Shown here piece after piece: positions 12,110 to 26,147 of a stretch of 64,000 nt of DNA. Made by a program: the position numbers and the translations under genes. A model generated the notes under the pieces. It was given only the letters and a program-made list of their open reading frames with translations, did no database searches and was not told the DNA's origin. This DNA comes from Octopus sinensis. Taxonomy: Eukaryota. The stretch lies in contig NC_043000.1 of NCBI RefSeq assembly GCF_006345805.1, forward strand, positions 111,600,001-111,664,000, in the 5' to 3' direction. How positions within the stretch are numbered: position 1 is the stretch's first letter; each line of letters begins with the position of its first letter.

Positions 12110-12253
12110 CCTCTGCGGTGTTGTTTTGCATTTATAATAAAAAAAATATATACAAATTATAAAAATAATAAAACAAAATATACAGTACAGTACTATATCT
12201 CCTATCGCGGGGGGTTTGGGAATGTAACACCCGCGATAGTCGAGAGATTGCTG
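12110..12253. mobile_element. Right half of the Tigger-like MITE also seen at 62580-63387
   Basis: Ends cccgcgatagtcgagagattgctg-TA. Matches 63265-63387. Confidence 0.75.
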
Positions 12254-12547
12254 TACTTCAAAATGAAGACATATCAGTCTTCTGACAGATCGAAATTAAT
12301 GTGCATCAGAGATAAAAAACATGAACTTAAGACAAATTAAAGTCAACCCATACCGAAGATAAGCCAAATCAAATTTAAGTTGACATACATTAATGTCAAG
12401 ACAAGTCAAAACTTAGATTAAAATTTCGTGTAATTTATACATATTTATACTATTTAGTCATATGAAAATTAATTTTGGAAAATTACTATGTTTAAATCCC
12501 ACAACAAGAGATATTCAGCAACAGTTCTTTGGAGTAAAGATTGTTTG

Positions 12548-12789
12548 CCAACATAACATGGCAGTCCTGGTTTAGGATGAATGTTGCTGTGATTTAGCCC
12601 CATGAGACATCGTCTCCAGCTGGCTATACGTCACGATTTGTGTCCTTATATTTTCGAGCAAAGGAATCTAGCACCACCACTCAACTCAAAACAATATATG
12701 TGTATCGCAATTTCCGAGTTATTTCCCTTCATCCTGGGGCTAAATAACAGCAACATTCGTCCTAAACCAGGATTACCATGTTATGTTGG
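12548..12789. mobile_element. Fold-back MITE with about 60-bp TIRs
   Basis: acataacatggcagtcctggtttaggatgaatgttgctgtgatttagcccc / ggggctaaataacagcaacattcgtcctaaaccaggattaccatgttatgt. Confidence 0.8.
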
Positions 12790-12995
12790 AAAAAACCTTC
12801 ACTCGAAAATTAATTTGTTTGGAATCAACATAAAGACAGCTCGAAGAGACAAACACAAAAAAAAAGCACATACATATTCACACACATACTACACACATAC
12901 GGACATACACACAGACACACACACATATATATTTATGTGGCGTAGACTCGGGTGAAATTCCTCTCTCCCATATATTATATATATGTGCATTCAAA

Positions 12996-13600
12996 CGTAG
13001 CAGGGAACAGCTAGCCTTTGGCTGCTATTTAGATCCCGTTGTGTCCACTACTCTGATTGGTTGGCATTTGTGCAATATGTCTCTTATTCAGTTGCGCCAA
13101 CTCGCCGCGTATAACTAGTCGGAGGCTCGAAATAGGATCACGTGGGACAGCCTGTTCACTACCCTTATAAAAATTCAGCTTTTCCTCGTTCCGAGGTCTT
13201 TGGTTCCAGACCTTTTAAGGTCTAGCCACCGACCACGAAGACACAGCCAGTTCCAGCGACAATGCCAGACAACACCACCACCACAGCAGTTACGTTGAAA
13301 CTCACCAACTTCATCCAAGAGCATTACAGCAACCTCCTTCTTCGTTGCCACCATCATGTCCTTAACGTCGTCAACATCATCTCCCAACGTACACAGCTCA
13401 GCAAGCAATTCACCCAGGTTTTTCCAACAGTTCACTGTTCGGGAATCATTTCACTACGAATAAACAGCGAATTTATAATCTACATGAACTCCTGTACGAG
13501 TGACCCAGGCAGTAGCATTACAGCCACGACTTCATGTACGACATGTACCTGTAACCGGCTCAGCATCATGGCCCCGACTTCTTGATACAGTGTTTCAACT
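12996..13600 (+). mobile_element. Possible degenerate Gypsy-type LTR plus gag start
   Basis: ORF MPDNTTTTAVTLKLTNF resembles the AV-x-LKLP-x-F gag N-terminus of Gypsy elements. Preceded by about 230 bp of CpG-rich, promoter-like sequence. No clear PBS. Confidence 0.3.
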
Positions 13601-14050
13601 ACCGTCTACAACTGATTACGAACTGGTATTATTATCTTTCTTGTGTCTATGAACTTACTTCTCACTTCAATGGCTATAGACTCTTTCACTGTCTGCTTCT
13701 TCATTGCCCTCCTTATATGTTCTTAACTCGCGCATACATCTATGCTTACGTACACACATGCATTTGTTCTCATATCGGTCTGTCTATTATTCTATATACA
13801 TGACGCACACACAGACACACATGTTAACATATCAATAAATGTTCTCTAAATCATTCTTACGCGGTTGTGTCTTTTTTCCTCTCGCACTCACTTGTTCTAT
13901 TCAATCTCTCTTTATTGTAAGGGCTGTGTGATGTAATACAAACGAGCCACTCCTCGTCATCTCACATCGCACAGTCCTTAGAAATTGGTGAACCGGGCGT
14001 GAGAACATCTTTTGTCGAACTATCACTACGGCCATTACATATATATGCCT

Positions 14051-14225
14051 ACCATATTTACTTAGGTATAAGTCGCATCCCTAATTTTGTCTTAAAATCT
14101 TAGTACAGAATCTTTTCCTTTCATATTTCAACTCAAAATCAGTTTTACCCTATGGAAAACTCGCACCCCATATTTTTCGTTTAAAAATCAAGTACAAACA
14201 CAACTTAAACGCGTATAAATACGGT
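14051..14225. mobile_element. Small pogo-like MITE
   Basis: acc(a)tatttac...gtataaatacggt termini. Related sequence at 38935-39125. Confidence 0.5.
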
Positions 14226-14801
14226 CATATTTAATCATCGTCGTTTAACGCCTCGTGTCTTATGTATTCTCAACTTTAAAGTAAGAATTAGAAACATTTT
14301 AAATCTTTGAAAAGAAATCCATAAAATAAGGGCGTCGGGATGTAAAATGACCGTCGGTCACCAAACCACTTGTTTGTAAATTATATTCACTTATCAGGGT
14401 GGTAACCTAAAATAACACCTACTTCCGGTTATAGGTTAGTCATAGATCACAACCTTAAAGAAATTTTGATGTTCATTCGCCATTGTTATGCACGAGGCAT
14501 GTTCTGTATTGCTTCATATTTATATGTTAATCTTGGCTTTCCTGCAGATGATAACTGCGCCTAGTAAATTATTTTATTTGCTGAAGATAGCTTGAAACTA
14601 TGATACAGGAAATAGATGGTAAACGTTTTTATTTTTCATTCCCTTTCGAAATTACTCCTAGTAGTAGTGTAGATTTTAACTACTCCTTCTAGCGGGTTAG
14701 ATGTCCTATTATGGTCACCTCTTATGTGTTTAAATGTACACCGTATTTATATATATGTTGTGTGTATGTATGATGTATATATATGTGTGTATGTATGTAT
14801 G

Positions 14802-14832
<31 letters not shown>

Positions 14833-14838
14833 TATATT

Positions 14839-14872
<34 letters not shown>

Positions 14873-15124
14873 ACATATATACACATATATAGATATACAT
14901 GCCATGTTTTGTATTCAGTCATGCAACAGACTGGATCACTGAAGGGAATTTTATGTATACATATAGAATGATAAGATAGGTTTTCTTATATCACAGAGGA
15001 CCGACTGGGATAGAGTTTATGGGAGAGGGATAAGAATTGGGGAGGAATACTAGGAATACTAGGAGAAACGTTAGAAATAGATAGACAGAGGGTGTGAGAG
15101 AAAGAGTGAGAGAGATGAGAGAGA

Positions 15125-15155
<31 letters not shown>

Positions 15156-17596
15156 AGAGAGGGAGAGAATGTGCAAAACAGAAAAGAAGAGTAAGAGAAG
15201 CGAAAGATGAAATGAGTTCAAGAAAAAGATGGTGAGTGGATGGGGGAACAGAAAATATGAAGAAGAAATTAGTAGAAAATAAAATGAAAAAATAGGAAAA
15301 AAACAAAGAAACAAAGTGTAAAAGAGAAAAGAAAGGAAGGAAGATTTGAGGTGGAAATAATGGAAGGTAATAGGTGAGTTGTGAAGGAAAAAAAACCTTC
15401 GTTTCATAAGAAATTAAGCAATAAACTTCTCAAAATGCTGACTTGTGACAAGGTATCATGTCTCTCTAAATCTATTTCTCCCACGCTCCTTCTTTCTATT
15501 TGCTTCTATTTATAGAGAGAAGGAAAGAAAAGGAAAAGGAAAGAGATAAGATAAAATAACACCATGAGAAAAACAACATGGAAATCAAACACTAGAAGAC
15601 ATAAGTATTAGGTTCTCTGAGAGATGAAAATAAAAATTGCCTTTAACATTTCGAACGTAAACCCTTCATCGGAAAGTAGAATAAAAGAAAAACAGAGAAA
15701 CATCGAAGAGAGAGAGAAAATGCATGGAATAGGTGCTTTTCAAATTGCCCGCCTTTCTTATGTATGTTTGATGTTATGACTGGCTTGTGGGTATTCCTCT
15801 TTTCTTATCCGTGCAGGTTATACCTTATTCTTTCAGCTGTGTAGAATTTGTATCTTTCTGAGGTATTTTTGCTCGATACTGTACTCAAAGAGTTTTCTTT
15901 CAACTTCCAGATGTAGTCGACCAAAATTGTCAACTAAAGGAAGATATACGAGAATAAAATTTGCGTAAAATTTTCCTCCATCATACTTACGTAACGTTCA
16001 TGCGTTTGTTATTTCTAGGCTGTGTTCTATAGTGGTGATATTTGTCTCATGAATTATGGCTTTTGCATTTCAGCATTTGTCTTGGTATGTATTTGAGTTC
16101 TTGCACAATAACGCGACGTTGTTTTTGTTGTTGTTGTTTTTTTAGATGAGTGCGATATTGTGCTTTTTAATTATCGTTATGCAATTATAGCTAATTGTCA
16201 AATGCGTCTAATGAAAATTTATTAGTATCTATGATCAGCGGTGAAGGGTTTCTTAACACATTTCAGAAGTTCTTGGCTATATTAGATTTTACACAAGCTT
16301 GGTTCTGCAATTTCTCAAGGATAGCGCTAGTTCCTGCAGTAATCATCGACAAACTGGTGACTTTGGCAGGAAACAGTGGCTACGCAGAGGACTGACTCAT
16401 TTTAAACAATGGACACTCACAACAGGTTCAGTCAGCAGATAACCATGAGAATGAGAACGAGAATGTAGGCGTTGTGCCCCACATTACTAGGAGTGAGTGA
16501 CCCTTGGTCCTTGCTTGGAGATCACACTAGGAAAAGGGAAACTCTGATGCAAAACATGCGAATCAATGGTAGCCATTGATGTTAACTAGTTCTTCATTTT
16601 GTGGGGTTTCTGTCGTCGTTGTTTAGAGAGTGAGACTGGTTGTGGAGAAGGATTTTCCTCACTTAACAAAGCATCATGCACAAGCATCACTTGACGTGCT
16701 GGCACCGCCATCCTATACTCAAGAAGGAGGAAGCAGCCATGTGTGGGTGTGTGTGTGTGTGTGGTGTGTGTGTGTGGTATACATATATATATATTATATA
16801 TATTATATATATATATATATATACATACATACACATATACATACATAACATATACATACATACACATATACACGTATATATGTATGTATGTATGTACATA
16901 TCAAAAATGTAACTACACGTGAACTGTTGGCGATTTTATTTTCCTCCTCCTTCCTTTTCTTCTGGACTTTCCTATATTTCTTCTTTCCGATAAAGAGCTA
17001 TGCTCGAAACGTAAAACAACCACTCTTTCTTTCCTTGAGCGCCGTATTAATACTTTGCATGTGCTACGTCGTCGTATTGTTGTTTTTTCTTGCCTTTTTC
17101 CGTTTTTGATCAGTCTCTCTCTCTATATCTCTCTCTCTTCTCTCTCTCTCTCTCTCTCTTTCTTCTCTCTCTCTTCTCTCTCTCTCTCTCTCTCTCTCTT
17201 ATATATTATATATATATATATCTATATATATATTATATATACATATACATATAAATATATATATGTATGTATGTAGTATAAGCATGTATAAATGCATTTA
17301 TGTATGCATTGCGTATTTGTATATGTCCGTTTGTTCAATAAACATGCTATTGGCTGAATATTCCACGGACACATCCAGTCTTAACGCAATCCTCGTGAAG
17401 AATAGGCGTGACAAAATGCAGGACAAAGAGTTGGGACTTTGAAGTAAAGCGGCTTCTATCGTTTCCACCTCCCCCAATTTTACTCAAAAATGGCTTGGAT
17501 CGACGCAAGCCTCGGGGGTCGATCTTGGGACCTTGGAACCCCATTACCGTGAAGAAACCTTGTTAACCATTCGTAATTCCTGTGCTCTATAAATAC

Positions 17597-17952
17597 TATT
17601 TCTTTACTACCCACTAGGGGCTAAACACGGAGAGGACAAACAAGGACAGATAAACGGAATAAGTCGATTATATCGACCCGAGTGCGTAACTGGTACTTGG
17701 GGGTCGATAAATTAAGTACCAGTCACGCACTGGGGTCGATATAATTGACTTAATACCTATGTCTGTCCTTGTTTGTCCCCTCTATGTTTAGCCCCTTGTG
17801 GGTAGTAAAGAAATAGGTACTTATTCAATCGACCCCAAAAGGATGAAAAGCAAAGTCGACCTCAGCGGAATTTGAACTCAGAACGTAACGGCAGACGAAT
17901 ACGGCTACGTATTTCGCCTGGCGTGCTAACGATTCTGCCAGCTCGCCGCCTT
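17597..17952 (-). mobile_element. Family-A SINE carrying an oppositely oriented SINE 3' fragment (17699-17815)
   Basis: Minus-strand copy split at GGTACTT, which is duplicated at 17692-17698 and 17816-17822. The insert is a plus-strand tail. Confidence 0.85.
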
Positions 17953-17991
17953 GTGCCCTATAAATACGTTAAGTAAATGTGTATGATGTGT

Positions 17992-18025
<34 letters not shown>

Positions 18026-18706
18026 TCCTTTGTGCATTCTGAGGTGAGTGGGTGAGCAAAACAGCAAAAACTTTATCTATTTCAAATATATTTATTCTTA
18101 TTCGTATTGCCGCAGGTGTGTGAGTGAGGAATGTACAGAGATAGACTATGTTATCATTTGGGTGTTCCTGTAATAATATATGCATGTCATACACACATCT
18201 AGATATACATGTCTGGATGTGTGTGTGTGAGAGAGAGACAGAAAGAGGGGGAATGCGTTCTTAATACATGCACGCATATGGTCGAATGTAAATGTATGCG
18301 GATGTATATACAATGTATATTGAAACAATCAACATACATTCATTGTTTAATCTTCATATATTGACATTTGGTTTACCCCCACCCCTAACCCGCCACAATC
18401 TCTACGCCTTGCCTCTCACCGCCACCAATGTACGCTGAGAAACCCGCATCCATCTCTCCACTGTTATTGCTCTTCCTTGGTTTCCGGTTGTGACACCCTA
18501 TTAACACCCACTATAACCCCAGGTGTTTTACATCCACTCCCACCCCTGTACCTACATATACCCTGCCCACCCCCACACACAAACTAAGGTGGGTGGAATG
18601 AGTGGGTGGCGAGTGAAGCCGATTGGGTGCAGGGGTTTTTAATCGGAAGTAACTTAGACATCATCGCTTCACAATCATCTCCACCCCCGCCACCACTTCA
18701 TTAATC

Positions 18707-18742
<36 letters not shown>

Positions 18743-18771
18743 TCTGGGTGGGTATGTGTGTCTATATTCTT

Positions 18772-18984
18772 TTATTCTTTTACTCTTTTACTTGTTTCAG
18801 TCATTTGACTGCGGCCATGCTGGATCACCGCCTTTATTCGAGCAAATCGACCCCAGGACTTATTCTTTGTAAGCGTAGTACTTATTCTATCGGTCTCTTT
18901 GGTCGAACCGCTAGGTTACAGGGACATAAACGCACCAGCATCGGTTGTCAAGCGATGGTGGGGTGGGGAGAAACACAGACACAG

Positions 18985-19066
<82 letters not shown>

Positions 19067-19207
19067 GACGGACTTCTTTCAGTTTCCGTTTCACAAATCC
19101 ACTCCAGGGCTTTGGTTGATCCGAGGTTATAGTAGAAGACATGTGTCCAAGGTGCTACGCAGTCGGACTGAACCCGGAACCATGTGGTTGGTAAGCAAGC
19201 TACCTAC
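18772..19207 (-). mobile_element. Family-B tRNA SINE with internal (CA)/(TA) microsatellite, near full length
   Basis: Head ...cttaccaaccacatggttccgggttcagtcc...ccttggacacatgtcttctactata; tail gactgcggccatgctgga..accgcc. Same family at 31319-31690, 52440-53067, 57950-58090. Confidence 0.85.
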
Positions 19208-19267
19208 GACATAAATATTGAACAGATAATATATATATATATATTATATATATATATATATATATAA

Positions 19268-19590
19268 TGGTAGTGGAAAAAGCACCGAAGTAAGTCTAAA
19301 GCATTTCAGTTTAAGGGGGAATTTAAAATGATTTTTAAAAAAATTATACAAAGAAAATATTATTGGCTTTGATGAAACTCATCTAATCAAATATCAGTGA
19401 AAGTTTATAAAAGTTTGAAGTAGAAACAGTCTATCTTCTGTCTGGGGGTCAAGAGACATGATATTTGGTAAAATGAGATCCATCGAAACCGGTAATCTCT
19501 TCTTTATATAATTTTAAAAAATAATTTTTATTAAATTCCCTCTTAAATTGAAATGTCTTAGACTTAATTCTGTGGTATTTCCCCCCCCAT
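19268..19590. mobile_element. Imperfect palindromic MITE in (TA)n
   Basis: taagtctaaagcatttcagtttaagggggaattt / aaattccctcttaaattgaaatgtcttagactta, plus an inner IR tgatgaaactcatctaatcaaatatca / tgatatttggtaaaatgagatccatcg. Confidence 0.75.
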
Positions 19591-19627
19591 CTGATATATA
19601 TCTATATATATCTATATATATATATGT

Positions 19628-19675
<48 letters not shown>

Positions 19676-19702
19676 ACACACACAACACACCACATATATA
19701 TA

Positions 19703-20325
19703 TAACTTAGAATAACTTAGAAAGGTTTTGGCCAGTATTGGCCCAGGTCATGTCTAACTTAATAGCACCACCTGGCGAAGTCTTTCAATTCAGGATTTGG
19801 GCACCAAGGCCCATTCGAGCAGAGAGTTATTGTTTGCGGAGACATATCCGGGTATGGGTGGTCTGTCCGGGACTGTTTGAAGGAATTTGTCCAAAGACTT
19901 CTTGAATTTGTGTGTGGTCAGTTTCTTTTTTGATGTGTCCTGGGTGTAATGTTGAAGAGAGCGGGTCCAATTGAGGTGAAATAGGTTGCCGTATTGTCGT
20001 ATGTGATGCGATTTAGATTTTTGTTGTGGGACGGATGGCACGTGGTCCAAGCCTTGGATGTATTTTGAAGGTGATGCCAAATCATTCGGACAGTGCTGAT
20101 GGAATATTTCCACATCATACAGATAGTGTAGCGTTCCACGGCGTCGTTGGAGTGAATACAGTTCAGCTTCTCTAGTCTACCCCAGTAGTCAAGGTCTGAC
20201 ATGCCATCTATATTTTTTGTGATGACCTTTGGGGAGCTTCATTCTCATAATATTTTGTTTTGTGTAGGGAGACCACAGTGGACCAGCAGTATTCAAGGTG
20301 GGGTCGGGCAAAAGTGGAGAAGAGA
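19703..20325 (-). mobile_element. CR1-group LINE 3' fragment (RT C-terminus)
   Basis: PLWSPYTKQNIMR...MSDLDYWGRLEKLN...ERYTICMMWK...YFTSIGPALFN...FKKSLDKFLQTVPDRPPIPGYVSANNNSLLEW. Tail repeat ttctaagtta. Confidence 0.85.
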
Positions 20326-20543
20326 AGGATAATAGTGTATAAACACATACATATATATATAATATATTATATACATATATATGTATGTATGTATACATGT
20401 ATGTATATATATACATATATATGTGTGTATGTATGTATACATATATATATGTGGTGTGTATGTGTGTATATATTTGTTACATACATATATTAGGGACAGA
20501 CAGACAGAGATATCTAGATATACATTATGTATACAATTATATC

Positions 20544-20626
<83 letters not shown>

Positions 20627-20838
20627 GACCGGTAGCCACTAAGCTTTTTTTTTTATTCTCTCTCGTTTATTTTCTCGTGTCCCTTTCTGTTAAAGAGCGT
20701 AGGTTCGAAACGTAAAAACTTTCTCACCTTCCCGAGCGTTAAACTAATACACCTGTTTGTTGTTCACACACCTGTCTTCATCTTTTTATTTTTTTTTTTT
20801 TTTTGTAAATTCCAACTATATGTAAAGTAGGTTGACAA

Positions 20839-20935
<97 letters not shown>

Positions 20936-21500
20936 CAAACAGATTGACAGATATATATATGCATGCATACATACTTGTATGATATATATTGGATTGTTCT
21001 CACATCACCTCAATCTCCGCAACTAACGATCTCAAATAATTGACTGTAGCGCTATCTTCATTATACACACTTCAGCTATTTTGATTACAGCTGTGTTCTT
21101 CATGAATATATATTACTTAATTACTACATGACCAAGTAGCGTATTATCCGTAAATCAGAATGGCTGTTAACGCCCAATCCGGGTCATTTACTGCTATGTA
21201 AAGTGGTTTAGATTCAATGTCCTTAGGATAATTGAAGAATATTAGAACGTATTCTGTGATGAGTGACCATATTGCCGAAACAGATCGGTAAGAATATTCT
21301 TAATTATTTTTCATTTTACGTAAGCGAACAGTAGAATGTTTTCACATCATTTTAAACTCAACAGATAAGGCTTTCAAATAAACAACTGTAGACTTATCTA
21401 CATTATACATATTTCTCTCAAGTATTCTGAATTATGTTATAGTCTGTATGTCTGTCTATCTGTTTGTCTTTCGGTCTGTCTGTCCGTATATGTATGTATG

Positions 21501-21873
21501 TCATTATTTAGTTTATTTCAAGATCTCTTGCCAATAGAGAAAGAACCGGTTTCTAACCTAGATCCAAGGCTCCTTCATTGGAATTTCAACATCAACAACG
21601 TGGTATTTTTGTTTGTATGTATGTATATGCAGGTTTGTATGTATGTATATGCAGGTTTGTATGTTTGAATGTATTCTCATGCATATAGTTGCATATCGAG
21701 ACATGCTCATATATACTTAAATGATAAACTTCTGGAAAGTTTTACAGATCTTTACAGTTCCAGTGATGGATTGGATCTGTAGTCTTCGAATTAACTCTCT
21801 CCTTTCTGGTTTTGAGAAGCCTAATTTTTCAAGATTAGTATTTCGGCAGCGTGTTACGTATCCAAGGGCCCCA

Positions 21874-21904
<31 letters not shown>

Positions 21905-22058
21905 TGTGTGCGTATGTATACATGCAGATTTGTCTGTTTTGTTTTATGTATATCTAGACATGCTCATATATACTTCAGGAAAATAATAAACTTCAGGAAA
22001 ATATTACAGATTTTGACAGTCCCAGTGATGGCTTGGATCTGTAGTTTTTTAATCAGCT
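21501..22058 (-). mobile_element. Two head-to-tail R4/Dong-clade 3' fragments separated by (TATG)n
   Basis: IGALGYVTRCRNTNLEKLGFSKPERRELIRRLQIQSITGTVKICKTFQKFII* (21501-21875), and a shorter LQIQAITGTVKIC copy (21912-22058). Confidence 0.85.
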
Positions 22059-22526
22059 CTGTGTGTGTGTGCGCGCGCGCGGCTGAAGCTGATGGTACAT
22101 TCTGATGCTATGAAGTGTGGAGTGCACGATTCAACGAGCAACAAAAAAAAGGGAACGCACTGGATAATGTATCTTTAAATATATCCTTCCACAATTGTTT
22201 TCACGCTAAACATCACAATTATCAAATGTTTCACTTAGCAAATTTCGTAATCTTTTTCCATTTCCTATAAGGCAACGTGACATAATGCAATCTATGTAAC
22301 CTCATGTAGTCTTATCCAAAATGGACACAGATTACGAGCATTTGTATGTGGAACGCTGGAGAGTATCGATGTTTCGCATTAAAATAATGGATGTCTGCTG
22401 ATGATGAAGCGCAAGCACACCGAAATCACGTCTGTGCTTCTTGTACTACATGTCTATATATATTACGGCCATTCATTATTAATACCGCTTCCTTTGCTAA
22501 TATTTAATATATATGTAGACGTAGAC

Positions 22527-22591
<65 letters not shown>

Positions 22592-22811
22592 CATACATAC
22601 ATACATACATACATACACATATACACACATACATACATACATACCTACATACATACATACATACATACATACATACATACATACATACACATACATACAC
22701 ACACACATACATACATACACATTTGAAGAAAGATTTCCTTTCAAGTTATTAATTACTTTTAAAAGAACCTCAAAAACCGAATGACCTGAACTTTCTGGAA
22801 TTAAATTTTTG

Positions 22812-22843
<32 letters not shown>

Positions 22844-23066
22844 TGTATGTATGTATGTATGTATGTATGTATGTATGTATGTATTGGTTAATGAATAGGG
22901 TGCGAGAAGTCCTATAATCGAAACTCGGACGAGACTAATCTACCTTGCTTAGAATGTGTGTATATATAAATATATTTGTGTGTGAGTCTGTGTGTATCTC
23001 TTTATCTCCCCCTCTCCCTCTCTCTTTCTTTATATATGTGTATGTATGTATATGTATATATATAAT

Positions 23067-23120
<54 letters not shown>

Positions 23121-23687
23121 ATATATATATAGGATCTTTTCAATATCGTGGCAGACCCCAGATCTTTCTAGTTAACTAAATAATTTGAAATTCGTGTACT
23201 CATAGAGTGGAACTAGTTTATTCGCCAGTTGGAACTAGTTTATTTGAGAAAAGTCTATTTTATGACTTTAATCGTAGATTAAAACTGCGAATTTTAACCA
23301 ATGAGATTGCTGTTTTCATATCGAAAACGTTACTGCGATCTGTTAGTGTGACGTTGAAAGCAGTTGTGACGTAGTCTGCTCTCTCTTTGTAAGTCTGTCT
23401 GCCTCCCCCTCTCTTACTATATTACATTGATCTTGCTTGAACTCATTGAAATAAAACGTCCTCCTTTTTTTCTGTCTGTCTGTTCTTTTCTCTCTCCCCC
23501 CCCTCTCTCTCTCTCTCTATCTCTCTATCTATCTATCTATCTGTAATTATGTATGTTCATATATGTATGAAATATTTATGAAATAAATAAACACACATAT
23601 TCGTGCGGATGTATTAAATATCTAAAATGTGTGAGCCTTATATAATTAAACTGATGATATATATATAATATATATATATATATACAC

Positions 23688-23718
<31 letters not shown>

Positions 23719-24808
23719 CGTGCGTGTAATGTATGTATAATTATATATATGCGTGTGTGAGCGTAATCGCTTTGTTTACATTTAAGATGTTTAATACGTC
23801 ACCAAATTGGTGGTCGAGACGGAGTAAATAAAATAAAGCCGAATGACGGAATATCATTGGTTAAAATTCTAATTATTAAACAACGTTAAACTTAGAAGTT
23901 ACAATTCCGTTTTCATTCTGGTTTACAATTAAGTTTACTTTTGACACATTCTACCAGTATACGAAGTTTCAAATTGTTTGGTTCAGTAGGAAAAATTTGA
24001 AAAAACTGGCTTCAGAATTGAAAAGATCCTATATATATATATATGCACACACACACATGCATTTAAGTAGATAGCTATGTATGTACGTACGTATGTATGT
24101 ATGTATGTATGTATGTATGTATGTATGTATGTATGTATGTATGTATGTATGTATGTATGTATGTATACATAACGTGGTTGATGAGTTTAAGTATATCAGT
24201 GTTATTTATACAAGAGCAATCAAGTGGAACTCCTAATCAAAACAGCCCGAAACGACCGATCGACCGATCGACTGCGATACGAGGCCAAACCAGATACCGA
24301 AGTCAATTGCTAAATCTCAACATCAGCAATTCACATCACACAATTAGGTTACTGCACCCACATTATTTTACAAAATGCACACGAGCCAAGAATCCACCCG
24401 ACTACGAATGTACCACGAAAGAGGTCGTTGTACAAGATTAACACTTTCACAACTATATACACCCTATCAATGTCTGCTGCTAAAACCCATACATTGAATC
24501 GGCGGCTACTTTGTTTATTCGATTATCAATAAACGGAACAGACTGACGAAAGCTACATTTAAAACCACAAGTTTATATTTGTACAATTGTCCTAAGTAAA
24601 TTAAACTAATATACATATAGATTATAATTTAGGGTATCTAAGCGATACCACCACGCTTGAAATAGCTTAGATACCCTAAATTTTAATCTTAATAATAATT
24701 ATTACCTTTGAAGGTTTTTATTCCCATGCTGGCCACTTGATAAGTTCGATATTTAAATATCGATCTTATCATTATATTATATAATATATATATATATACA
24801 TATGATAC

Positions 24809-24839
<31 letters not shown>

Positions 24840-24847
24840 TAAGAAGG

Positions 24848-24896
24848 AGCTTCTACAGGACTAGAACTGTTCATCCAAGAGAATCTTCAGGAAGCT
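24848..24896 (-). ncRNA. Mirror copy of the hammerhead, lacking one A of GAAA
   Basis: Minus strand reads AGCTTC-CTGAAGA-TTCTCTTGGAT-GAA-CAG-ttctagtc-CTG-TA-GAAGCT. Confidence 0.55.
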
Positions 24897-25063
24897 AGTT
24901 AACAAGAATTGTATTGGCATTATACATTTAGGCAGGTTTAAAGGGTGGTGGTGGGGGACTTTTTGGGGGTAGGCATAGCGAAAAATATCATACTTGGGGG
25001 AGTGGTCAAGGAGTCAGTGGTAAATTAGATAAAGATAAATAAAAAAATAAAAAAATATATTAT

Positions 25064-25095
<32 letters not shown>

Positions 25096-26098
25096 AAAAA
25101 GAATAGAGTTTTAGGTAAATAAGGAGATTCTCACTTATACCTATACACATATGTATACATATATACACCCAATACATACATATATACATACACACACAAC
25201 ACACACACACATATACATTATATATACAAATACACATACATTACATATCTACACATACACATATATATATACATACACACACTCACATGCATACACGTAC
25301 ACACATGTATATATACACACACGACCACACATACATATACACACAGAGAAAATATATATACATACACACACATACACATACACGCATACACACACATATC
25401 CACATACACACATGCACACACAGCACACTAGTCCCTATATACACAATATACATACAAACAATATACATATATATACATATACATATATATACATATACAT
25501 ATACATACATATACATATACATATACATACATATGCATATGTATATGTATATATATGTATATGTATGTGTATGTGTATATATGTGTATATAGGGACTAGT
25601 GTGCTGTGTGTGCATGTGTGTATGTGGATATGTGTGTGTATGCGTGTATGTGTATGTGTGTGTATGTATATATATTTTTCTGTGTGTATATGTATGTGTG
25701 GTCGTGTGGTATATATACATGTGTGTATACGTGTATGCATGTGAGTGTGTGTATGTTATATAATATGTGTATGTGTAGATATGTATATGTATGTGTATGT
25801 GTATATATATGTATATGTGTGTGTGTGTATGTATGTGTGTATGTATATATGTATGTATGTGTGTGTATATATGTATACATATGTGTATAGGTATAAGTGA
25901 GAATCTCTTATTTACCTAAAACTCTATTCTTTTTATATATATTTTTATTTTTTTATTTATTCTTTTATCTAATTACCACTGACTCCTTGACCACTCCCCC
26001 AAGTATGATATTTTGCGCTATGCCTACCCCAAAAAGTCCCCCACCCCACCCTTTAAACTGGCCTAAATGTATAAATGCCAATACAATTCTTGTTAACT

Positions 26099-26147
26099 AG
26101 CTTCCTGAAGATTTCTTGAATGAAACAGTTCTAGTCCTGTAGAAGCT
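26099..26147 (+). ncRNA. Type I hammerhead ribozyme motif (Penelope-like-element type)
   Basis: Stem I AGCTTC/GAAGCT (6 bp), core CTGAAGA (26105-26111), weak stem II TTTCTTGAAT, GAAA (26122-26125), stem III ACAG-ttctagtc-CTGT, cleavage triplet GUA (cut after 26141). Confidence 0.7.

Noticed and set aside
16020-16085. 66-nt plus-strand exon candidate AVFYSGDICLMNYGFCISAFVL
   Set aside because: Isolated. Such signal pairs are expected by chance in 64 kb.
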